A stretch of DNA of 11,586 nt from Octopus sinensis (GCF_006345805.1 NW_021826929.1:1-11586), one strand, 5' to 3'. Counted from the stretch's first letter, positions 1 to 8,419 are shown. The notes: generated from the letters alone by a model not told the origin. Numbers and translations: made by a program.

Positions 1-409
1 CATGAGTTTATATGCCTTCATACACACAAACAAACATGCACATATATGTTTGTATACGTATTTCAAGGTATTCTACTAACACTTACTTTTTCGACCAATC
101 AAATTAGTTGTTGCTCTAAGAAAGTATACGAGGTACAGATTCGATAATATTTAAGAAACCCTATGCACTCAATTTGATATAAATACTGTATTGTTTCTGT
201 GTATATTTCAGCAGGGGTGTGCATTACTGAATTATATGGACCACCCAATTGCAAATAAACTTTTTCAATACGTTTTATCAATGCAATATCAAGGAAATCA
301 CTTTTTTATTTAGAAAATCTTTATAAGAGATGTAAGTCGTAACTATACCGAGAAGTAATGTTTATCGTCATATGAATATGATCTCGCACACATATGCATA
401 TATTTTTTT

Positions 410-809
410 CTTTTACTTGTTTCAGCCATTTGACGGCGGCCATGCTGGAACACCGTCTTTTGTCGAGCAAATCGACCCCAGGACTTATTCTTTGTAAGCC
501 TAGTACTTATTGTATCGGTCTCTTTTGCTGAATCGCTAAGTTACGGGGACGTAAACACACCAGCATCGGTTGTCAAGCAATGTTGGGGGGGGGACAAACA
601 CAGACACACAAAGACACATACACATATATATATACATATACGTATATACGACGGGCTTCTTTTTAGTTTCCGTCTACCAAATCCACTAACAAGGTTTTGG
701 TCGGCCCGCGGCTATAGTAAAAGACACTTGCCCAAGGTGCCATGCAGTGGGACTGAACCCGGAACTATGTAGTTGGTAAGCTACTTAGCAAACAACTACT
801 CCTGCGCCT
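410..809 (-). mobile_element. tRNA-derived CORE-type SINE, near full length (copy 1)
   Basis: On the - strand: 5' AGGCGCAGGAG head, B-box-like GGTTCAGTCCC (749-759), CORE-like CCTTGGGCAAGT (726-737), internal CA/TA microsatellite (~597-648), and 3' end CCAGCATGGCC...CTGAAACAAG. Collinear homology with 1676-2093, 4465-4604 and 4834-5145 is visible directly. Resemblance to octopus OR-type SINEs is from recall. Confidence 0.85.
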
Positions 810-817
810 ATATATAT

Positions 818-935
818 GGCCTGCTTGCTTAGCCAGCGGGGTGGCGTCATTCGAAGGCTGAAACAATGCGAACGCATTGTAACCAGCGATGTATAACTAC
901 TACATCTGATAGCCTGGTCGGTCACGGTGATCACG

Positions 936-939
<4 letters not shown>
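818..939 (+). mobile_element. Probable 3' fragment of another interspersed repeat, ending in (TCACGGTGA)2
   Basis: A GC-richer 120-nt island between TA runs, ending in a tandem 9-mer followed by (AT)n, as expected for a retroposon tail. I recall similar sequence as an octopus repeat but did not verify it. Confidence 0.4.
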
Positions 940-973
<34 letters not shown>

Positions 974-1037
974 CACGCCTATACATACATACATACATAC
1001 ATACATACATACATACATACATACATACATACATACA

Positions 1038-1072
<35 letters not shown>

Positions 1073-1098
1073 GTGTGTGTGGTGTGTGTGTGTGTGTG
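939..1098. repeat. Compound microsatellite (AT)n-(TACA)n-(TG)n
   Basis: (AT)n ~939-969, (TACA)n ~980-1065 and (TG)n ~1072-1098, read directly. Confidence 0.97.
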
Positions 1099-1160
1099 AA
1101 GGCGAATAACCAAGTGGTTAGGCATCTGAGCTTATTAGCTGCTCCGCGGGAATCGACGTT
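1098..1160 (+). mobile_element. Possible truncated tRNA-derived SINE head
   Basis: Starts with GAAGGCG, as does the head of SINE copy 2. A-box-like TAACCAAGTGG at 1107-1117 has one mismatch to TRGCNNAGYGG. The B box is only very degenerate (~1148-1160). Confidence 0.3.
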
Positions 1161-1164
1161 ACTA

Positions 1165-1430
1165 CTGTTTTTAACTCCTGGAGGAGCCTCCTCTAACTGG
1201 TTATGGATGCAATCTGCACGTTATATGTATTGCATGCAGAGGATCGAACTCCCACCATCTTCTAGCATACGGCGGGATCTCCGGACCGTACGGTTTCGAT
1301 CTCTTTGTGCCCATCCTCAGTGGTGGGTTTTATTGTTGGTGGTTTTTGTTTTGTGTTTTGATCATCCACTTAATATCAAACGGGTTCAGGATGACCTGAG
1401 TCATAACAATGTTGGGCATCCTGAGAACTG
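1165..1430 (-). mobile_element. Palindrome-rich segment, possible Penelope-like element terminal remnant
   Basis: Contains a hammerhead-like core (1284-1320, - strand) and several inverted repeats (1207-1213/1229-1235; 1251-1257/1321-1327; 1386-1393/1417-1424). The Penelope assignment is inferred from the motif only, and boundaries are approximate. Confidence 0.35.
1284..1320 (-). ncRNA. Hammerhead ribozyme-like core (type I topology, stem I not resolved)
   Basis: The - strand reads CTGAGGA-T-GGGC-acaaaga-GATC-GAA-ACCGTACGGT-C: a CUGANGA box, an imperfect stem II, GAAA, a perfect palindromic stem III and a GUC triplet. Confidence 0.45.
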
Positions 1431-1675
1431 ATTCGCTTTACTTTGATAATGTCTACATTATGAAATGAGTCCTTCTTATATGAAACAAAAGAATGATATT
1501 TACGTGAAATCTTTTTTGCTGCTATTTCTAGGAAAACAAATTAATGTGTTGAGGGTCCACATTGCACATTTGCTTTCTCTATATACCTAATTTACTTATT
1601 TTAGTTATATTCCCCCTATTTTCGTGAAATCTCATTCTGGGAATCTCATTCTGTCCAGTATACTTTATCTTTTTT

Positions 1676-1904
1676 TTATTTGTTTCAGACCTTTCACTGC
1701 GGCCATGCTGGGGCATCGCTTTCAAGAGTCTTTAGTGGAAAAAAATCTACCCTAGGACCTTTTTTTTTTATTAAAGCGTGGTATTTCTTCTATCGATCTC
1801 TTCTGCCGAGCCGCCATGTTATGGTAACATAAACACTCAGGTTGTCAAGCAGTAGTGTGGATAAACACAGACACAAAGACACATACAGATAGATATATAC
1901 GTGC

Positions 1905-1938
<34 letters not shown>

Positions 1939-2093
1939 ACATACATACATACATGTATATGCATACACCTTTCAAGGCTTCGGTCGACCAGGGGCTATAG
2001 AAGGTACAACTTAACGAAGGTGCCACGCAGTGGAACTGACCCCTTGAATCGTGTTGTTAGGAAGGACGTTTCTTACCACACAGGTACGCCTTC
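1676..2093 (-). mobile_element. Diverged copy 2 of the same CORE-type SINE, with internal deletion and microsatellite expansion
   Basis: Shares TGTTTCAG...CTGCGGCCATGCTGG (1681-1711), GGTTGTCAAGC, AAACACAGACACA and AAGGTGCCACGCAGTGG.ACTGA.CCC with copy 1. The segment equivalent to ~648-687 of copy 1 is missing, and a TA/TG/TACA array occupies ~1890-1967. Confidence 0.75.
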
Positions 2094-2134
2094 ATCAACG
2101 TTCACGAAAAATATATTTATATCCTAGTAAAAAT

Positions 2135-2385
2135 GTAATGAGAGGGTCACCGAGAGAGTCTCTATGAGGATGTTCCGCTCACTAAAAATCCCAAAAGAAT
2201 GTCTTTCAAATCATCTTACCGCCATAGAAAACATCAAAAGCCGTATTGGATGATGTTGTCCTAGATATTTACAAAAAGACGAGATGCCTACGGCTGGAAT
2301 TCTTTTCATTGTATATCAGATCGATCAGGACTGACCTGGGGTTAGTCAAAACTACAATAACACCACCAACAAAAGAACAATAACC
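2135..2385 (+). mobile_element. Probable old 3' portion of a second SINE family with a decayed (CAA)n tail
   Basis: Ends GATCGATCAGGACTGACCTGGGG followed by a degenerate CAA-rich tail (~2349-2385). Similarity to an octopus SINE 3' half is recalled, not searched; the 5' boundary is approximate. Confidence 0.45.
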
Positions 2386-2659
2386 TTGATTATAGTTTAC
2401 TAGTACGCTCTTTTGTATAAGAGATATGTTTCGTCAAAGCAAATCCAATTTACTTCCCACAGTTAATTCAAACTGTGTGTGTGTGTATCTCTCCCTCTCT
2501 CCGCTGCCGATGGATAAACACTATGAGGTTCGAATATTCTAGAGATGCCAAATGTATCTATATTATTATGCCTGATCGGTAAATATCTTCCTGTATTTAC
2601 TTATGTCCTGTTCCTTTATGTTTTGTGTTATAATCTTACTCTTTGCTCGTGTATTCAAG

Positions 2660-2728
2660 GGACCGATAGAATAAAAACCATTCAAGCACAAAAGCTCAGA
2701 AAACTAATTATTCTCGACTCACCAAGAG
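2660..2728 (+). CDS. Candidate 69-nt internal exon (phase 1-1), product unknown
   Basis: Pyrimidine-rich tract with AG at 2658-2659 and donor AG|GTATGT at 2729. Only one open frame, (G)TDRIKTIQAQKLRKLIILDSPR. No recognised homology. Confidence 0.18.
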
Positions 2729-2957
2729 GTATGTGACTGTTAGAAAGAACAGTGGATTGCGCGTGTCGTTTCAGAGTCCAAAAAAAAAAAACATTGCATT
2801 ATTTATCTACGGCGCTTTGCGTACTTTTTGGTTTCAGATTTTGACGGATTAATTCATTAGAATTATTTCCAAAATTCCTGTTTTTGTGCCTATTTTAGCA
2901 ATCGTTCTTACTAACAGAAATAATAGAGACATGAAAAATGAGGCAACAATACGGTGA

Positions 2958-3050
2958 CATATACATACACTCATACCTACACACACATATATACATACAT
3001 ACACTCATTCATACAAACATACACACACGCACATACACACGTACACGTAC
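2958..3050. repeat. Degenerate (CA)n/(TACA)n array
   Basis: Read directly. Confidence 0.85.
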
Positions 3051-3654
3051 CAACTAGGTCTTCTGAATCACCGGTTCTTGTGCGTGTTTAGTACTCGCCC
3101 CCGTTTGATCATAGACTATAATAGAAGCAAAAACATTTTTCATTTCAGTATTTGACTTTGCACATGAGTAATGACGGGTGGGATATGTGTGCGCGTGTGC
3201 ACCTATGTGTGTGGGCGCCTCTGTATTCCTATATTTGATGCTATTGTTCCCTTGCTCCAAGACAACTACAAAACAGTTGACTCTTGATACGCAGTAAGTC
3301 AAACGAACGACTAGGTGAGATCCTCAGTTCCATAGTAGAGGATTATAACACAAAGTTTTGCAGTGTAACAGTGTAGCCCAGTTCTATGCTGTGCACTGTC
3401 TGATCACTTTGTCTTTGCCGCTAGTGATATTAGCCACTGCAAAGACAATCAAAGTTGACTCGGTCCAAAGGCGACTGTTAACTCTCTCGCTAGTGATGTG
3501 CATTCTATCGCAAAATTTAATGACAGATCAGATAAATAATAGTGGCATTCTTTCTCTGTAATAGTATTTTTCTACATTTTTTAGTCTATCCTGAATGAAA
3601 GCGATAGTGTTGGTAGAATCGTTTTGTTATAGCAGTAATGTGTATGTGCGCCTT

Positions 3655-3677
3655 TATATATATATATACATATATAT

Positions 3678-3762
<85 letters not shown>

Positions 3763-3790
3763 TGTATGTATGTATGTATGTATGTATGTG
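3655..3790. repeat. Compound microsatellite (TA)n-(CA)n-(TA)n-(TATG)n
   Basis: Read directly; (TATG)n spans ~3733-3788. Confidence 0.97.
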
Positions 3791-4464
3791 TGGTTCTATG
3801 CAATATTACTGAATGAATGATTAATTACAGGCTTTGGTTGATAGTTTTCCTTTTTTGTAATTATTTTATTAAGTGAAAGTACAATACCGTTATAAAACAT
3901 ACTGCAAGTCTTACAACGGGTAATTAAAACGTAACCGCTCATATAATTGCGTTTCAGGACTCTACCTCTCTCTCTGGGCCTCCGTCGGTCATGGCTGACC
4001 AAGGATAATGTCATCCGTCCGTTGAGTTGTCTATTCAGTTTTTGCAAGCCTCCTGCAGAATTTATCAGAATTGCAAATAAAGGGCGTGGATGCTCGGAAG
4101 AAAACTTGATTTTTCACTTCTTAATACTTTCTAAAAATGTTCGATGTTTCTCAGTGTATGCCAGTGAAACGATAGTAAATTATAAACGTCATGTGTTTAT
4201 CGTATGTATACGCACCAGTGACGTGCATGATTTTGATTTCAATAAAACACCTTCAAAGCGCGCTGTGTTAAATAACGCAATAAATATCCCGACAGCAACG
4301 TTTCTCCCTTCTTGAGGATCGTCAGTTATGTGTATCCTGTAGTCACGTGCATAAATGAAATACATAGTGACTTGTGAGTAATACATACAGTGATATTGCG
4401 TAAAGCTTGTCAGTCTAAAACAAACTCTGTGTACTCGTTCTATACAGGTTTATGATACACGAAT

Positions 4465-4604
4465 ACTCTTTACTCTTTACTCTTTTACTTGTTTCAGTCA
4501 TTTGACTGCGGCCATGCTGGAGCACCGCCTTTAGTCGAGCAAATCGACCCCGGGACTGATTCTTTGTAAGCCCAGTACTTATTCTATCGGTCTCTTTTGC
4601 CGAA
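4465..4604 (-). mobile_element. 5'-truncated copy 3 of the SINE (3' end with AAAGAGT-repeat tail)
   Basis: Closely collinear with 410-532. Tail ACTCTTT repeats at ~4465-4487. Perfect terminal hairpin at 4495-4508. Homology stops abruptly after GCCGAA at 4604. Confidence 0.85.
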
Positions 4605-4671
4605 TGCACTTTCGATAGCGGACATACAATTTTTTTAGCCTGATAAGCTTGCCACATTATCAATGAATTTC

Positions 4672-4748
<77 letters not shown>

Positions 4749-4756
4749 CCTACCTA
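4672..4756. repeat. (TCTA)n tetranucleotide array (reverse complement of GATA/Bkm-type)
   Basis: Read directly. Confidence 0.97.
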
Positions 4757-4833
4757 TTTACTTCTAGATATCGTATGTATGAGTTTATGTGTATATTGAT
4801 GCACATGTATATGTGTATGTACATACGCACGCG

Positions 4834-5145
4834 TATTCTTTGTATGTCTAGTACTTATTCTGTTGGGACACTTGTGTCGGACCGGTAAGTTTCAGGGATA
4901 TAAACATGGCTAGCATCGGTTGTCAAGCGGTGGTGGGGAATAAACGCTGAGACAAATGCACACACACATAAATATACGTATACACAACGGGCTTCCTTCA
5001 GTTTCCGTGTACCAAATCTACTCACAAGGTTTTAGTCGGCCCGAAGCTATAATAGAAGACAGTTGCCAAAGGTGCCACGCAGTGGGACTGAACCCAGAAC
5101 GATGTCGTTGAGAAGCAAGCTTCTTCCCACATACCCACTCCTGCA
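4834..5145 (-). mobile_element. Diverged copy 4 of the SINE: head and CORE present, 3' end missing
   Basis: Collinear with ~486-806. B-box-like GGTTCAGTCCC at 5084-5094, GGGCTTC..TCAGTTTCCGT.TACCAAAT block, and head ending CACTCCTGCA (+ strand) at ~5145. Confidence 0.8.
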
Positions 5146-5168
5146 TATACTTTATAAATATATATGTA

Positions 5169-8109
5169 CATATACTCCTACTGAACATCAGAGGACTGCA
5201 ACACGCAGTAACAGGACAAAGATCCCGTTCCTGAGAGACTTTGTTGCATGCATCAGCCTTATGCATAGCACTTACAGAAACGCACCTGAAACCGGACATA
5301 GCAGATGCGGAGTTACACTACCCACAGTATGCTGTACTACGGACCGACAGGAAAAAAGGAGTCAGGGTGTTGCTATGTTACACCGTCCTGAGGACCTCAC
5401 ACCCCAGTTCCTCTTGTCATACTCAAACTCGGTGTGTGACACACTAATGTACATATTAGGCAACTTGATGTAGTTGTGTGTGCTACATATCGCCCTCCAG
5501 ATGCCCCAAGCCATGTGGGCAAGTTTGAAGACTGCCTTATAAAAATAGAAGAAATTCTAACCACATTAGAACAACACATAGGTGTGCTTCTTATGGGAGA
5601 CTTCAATCTGCCCAATGTCAGGTGGCCCGAGGGCCTTTCTCTCCCAGGAATGACAAGATGTGAACGAGGACAGGCGAGGTCCCTCCTGAACCTCATCACA
5701 CCCTGTACATGGAGCAGGTAAATACTCCAACCAACCAGGGCAGGTAACACACTGGATCTCTGCTTCACAAATGACATGGATCTCATCCATAATGTGAAAG
5801 TGACAACCGACACTACTCTCGGATCACAACATGATAGAGCTGACCATGTACGGGCCAGAAGAGAGCACGGACATGCAGCCTACAAGAAACCCTCAAAATC
5901 TTTCCAGCCTGAACTACCATAAGGCAAACTGGAAACAAATTGAGAAAGAGATCCTCAAACAAAACTGGCCTAAATGTCTCTCTCGCCAGACATCGACGTG
6001 AAACTTCAACAATTCATGTCTGTAATGCAAGCCATATGCTACAAATGTGTCCCAGAGAGAAAGGCCACTGTACACAAGAACAAAATCCCCAGAGAGAGGA
6101 AAATTTTTAATGAGACGGCGTACAAAATTTTCAAATCGCCTAAACAAACAGATTGAAAGCAGTGAAAAGGTCCCGCCTAAAAATGAAACTGTTGGAAATC
6201 GAAAATGTCTGCAAATCTCCCATGAAAAAGAAAGAGCAGACAAGAAGCCTGGGCTATAGAAAACAAAAATCTAACCCAGAGCTTTCTACAGGTATGCCAA
6301 GAAACAGCTACAGTGCACTGTAGAATAGGACCACTCCTCGAAAAGGATGCAGACTTACAGGAAAACCAATGAGGGTAAGTGAAATACTGAATGAGCAATT
6401 CAAGAGTGTTTTCACTCCACCCCTTGGCATCTCCAAATCACCAATCCAACTGACTTTTTTACCACTGCAGATATAAAATCAGAGGCGGCGACGATAGATT
6501 ACATCGATATAAAGGAAGACGATGTAACCAAGGCTATAGATGAAATGAAAACAGACTCAGCTACTGGCCCCGATGGATTCCCGGCAATCCTCCTAAAAGC
6601 ATGTAAGAGAGTCCTAGCAAGACACCACTGCAGTTCCTCTTTCAGAGCTTCCTTGCAGCTGGCAAACTTCAGGAAACTGAAGGAAGTAAAATATGCCCCA
6701 TTCATAAAGGAGGTAGCAGAGCGGAAGCCAAGAACTATAGACCTATCTCTCTGACCTCACACATTAGCAAGGTCATGGAACGATAGTCAGAAGGAAGCTG
6801 ATCACCTTCCTTGAAGAGAATGACTTGCTGCCGACACCCAACATGGTTTCCGACCAGGAGAAGCTGTTTAACTCAGCTCCTACAACAACTATGACTGGGT
6901 GCTGAAACGGCTGCTCAACCACTCAAATGTGGAAGTGATATATCTCGACTTTGCAAACGCCTTTGATAAAGTCGATCATGGAATGATATGTCACAACTGC
7001 GTGATCTCAACATAGTTGGAAAACTGGGAGAATGGCTTCATGACTTCTGAAGGATAGAAGTCAGGTGGTAGTAGCCAATGGGGCCACCTCCATTAACACA
7101 CAAATAGTGAGCGTGTTCCGCAGGGCACTGTTCTGGGACCACTACTGTTCATAATGGCCCTCTCAGACATGCCCTCAGCCACGCAGAGAGCCACGATCAC
7201 AAGTTATGCAGATGATACAAAAGTTTCACAGGCAATACAGAACCCTGAGGACACTAAACACCTGCATGTGTGCTGGACGAAATATACAAGTGGGCTGAAA
7301 AGAATAGCATGCAGTTCAATGCTGGAAAGTTTCAAGCTTTATACTATCAGCATGCAAAACTGAATGCAATACCCATGAATACACTGGACCCGGAGGATTG
7401 CAATCCCAGAGGCACAATCAGTGCGTGACCTGGGTATTCACATGAGTGATGACGCACCTTTCATGTACATGTTGCTAAACTGACAATGAAATGTAGACGG
7501 CTGGCTGGATGGATTCTTAGAACCTTTAGAACAAGAGAACAAAAAACCATGATGGTCCTCTGGAAGACACTTGTCCTAAGCCCACTTTGACTATTGCTCT
7601 CAGCTATGGTCACCATCCAGTGTCAAGTTGATCACAGAACTTGAGGCGATCCAACGAAGCTACACAAAGAAGATAGCCTCCATGCAGAATGTAAGCTACT
7701 GGGAAAGACTCAAGAGATTAAATTATATTCCTGGAGCGTAGGCGGGAAAGATATGCCATAATATACATCTGAAGATCCTGGAGGGAAGTGTCCTGAACTT
7801 TGGCATCGAGAGTTACGCAAATGCCAGAACTGGGCGCCACTGCGTGGTGCCTAGGACTCCAAACCTGCCATCAAGATGTAGGACAAGATTCTGTGATAGC
7901 CTGGGCTTCCGAGGCCCACATCTCTTCAATATCCTCCCGAAGAACCTGAGAGACCTGCATGGGGTGGATACAGATGTCTTTAAAATGAGCTGGATCTCTT
8001 CCTGTCAGGTGTCCCAGATGAACCAACTTCACGGCAGGAGGGGCAGATGAGGGCAGCTGCATCGAACTCTCTCATGCACCAAATAGCAGTTGCTAGAAAG
8101 CCTCCATGA
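5169..8109 (+). pseudogene. LINE ORF2 (apurinic-like endonuclease plus reverse transcriptase), frameshifted as assembled
   Basis: Endonuclease motifs: LLNIRGL (5178-5198), ETHL (5277-5288), YRPP, GDFN (5596-5607), PTRAGNTLDL, SDH (5819-5827). RT motifs: ATGPDGFP, NYRPISLTSHISKVME, QHGFR, YLDFANAFDKVDH, VPQGTVLGPLLF, YADD (7205-7216), VRDLG. The motifs are spread over several frames. Confidence 0.9.
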
Positions 8110-8197
8110 AGTGAAACCAAGTAGCAACACCAAATGGCGGTGCCCCAGCATGGCCACAGCTCATAAGCTGAAACTAGAATCATCAATCAATCAATAC
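5169..8197 (+). mobile_element. CR1-group non-LTR retrotransposon (LINE), 5'-truncated, ORF2 plus short 3' UTR and (ATCA)n tail
   Basis: APE and RT motifs occur in the correct order. The C-terminal HFDYCSQLWSP, SYWERLKRL and LERRRERY motifs are typical of CR1/L2-group ORF2. Stop at 8107-8109, tail TCAATCAATCAAT at ~8183-8195, candidate TSD at 5154-5168 / 8198-8214. Confidence 0.93.
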
Positions 8198-8395
8198 ATA
8201 AATATATATATGTATGTATGTCTATATGTGTGTGTATATATATGTATATATATGTATGTATTTATGTATGTATGTATGCATGTATAGTTGTAGTATAAAT
8301 ATGTATGTATGTATATATTTATATATGCATGTATGTATGCATGCATGTATGTATGCATGCATGTATATATACGTAGATGTGTATATTTATGTAAT
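8198..8395. repeat. Degenerate (TA)n/(TATG)n array
   Basis: Read directly. Confidence 0.9.
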
Positions 8396-8419
8396 AACAC
8401 CGAATGTTGTAAGGCAGAA

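Noticed and set aside
749-809. tRNA gene call at the SINE heads (also 5084-5145)
   Set aside because: Only A/B-box remnants with no cloverleaf, and they continue into SINE body sequence.
1241-1249. B-box-like GTTCGATCC on the - strand
   Set aside because: No A box at a suitable distance upstream, so there is not enough support for a Pol III unit.
1075-1431. 118-aa ORF on the + strand
   Set aside because: It starts inside (TG)n and shows no recognisable motif. The region is better explained by repeat remnants and the - strand hammerhead-like motif.
1628-1653. Direct repeat AATCTCATTCTG x2
   Set aside because: An ordinary short tandem duplication with two units and no spacer array, so not CRISPR-like.
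2458-2477. 7-bp hairpin CACAGTT/AACTGTG (similarly TCGGCAG/CTGCCGA at 9429-9457)
   Set aside because: Stems of this length are expected by chance in 11.6 kb.
2660-2675. 14-nt match GACCGATAGAATAA to the SINE body in + orientation
   Set aside because: Too short, and the flanks do not align convincingly. It is noted because it offers a non-exon explanation for the candidate exon B.
3149-3293. Possible exon between TTTCAG (3148) and GTAAGT (3294)
   Set aside because: Stop codons in all three frames and no other support.
3947-4315. 122-aa ORF on the + strand
   Set aside because: No ATG start in the sequence (TTG at 3947), no recognisable domain and UTR-like composition. Only the splice-acceptor reading is kept, as speculation.
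5018-8186. Minus-strand ORFs overlapping the LINE (5397-5813, 5914-6243, 6499-6705, 7871-8186 and others)
   Set aside because: They are antisense shadows of ORF2.
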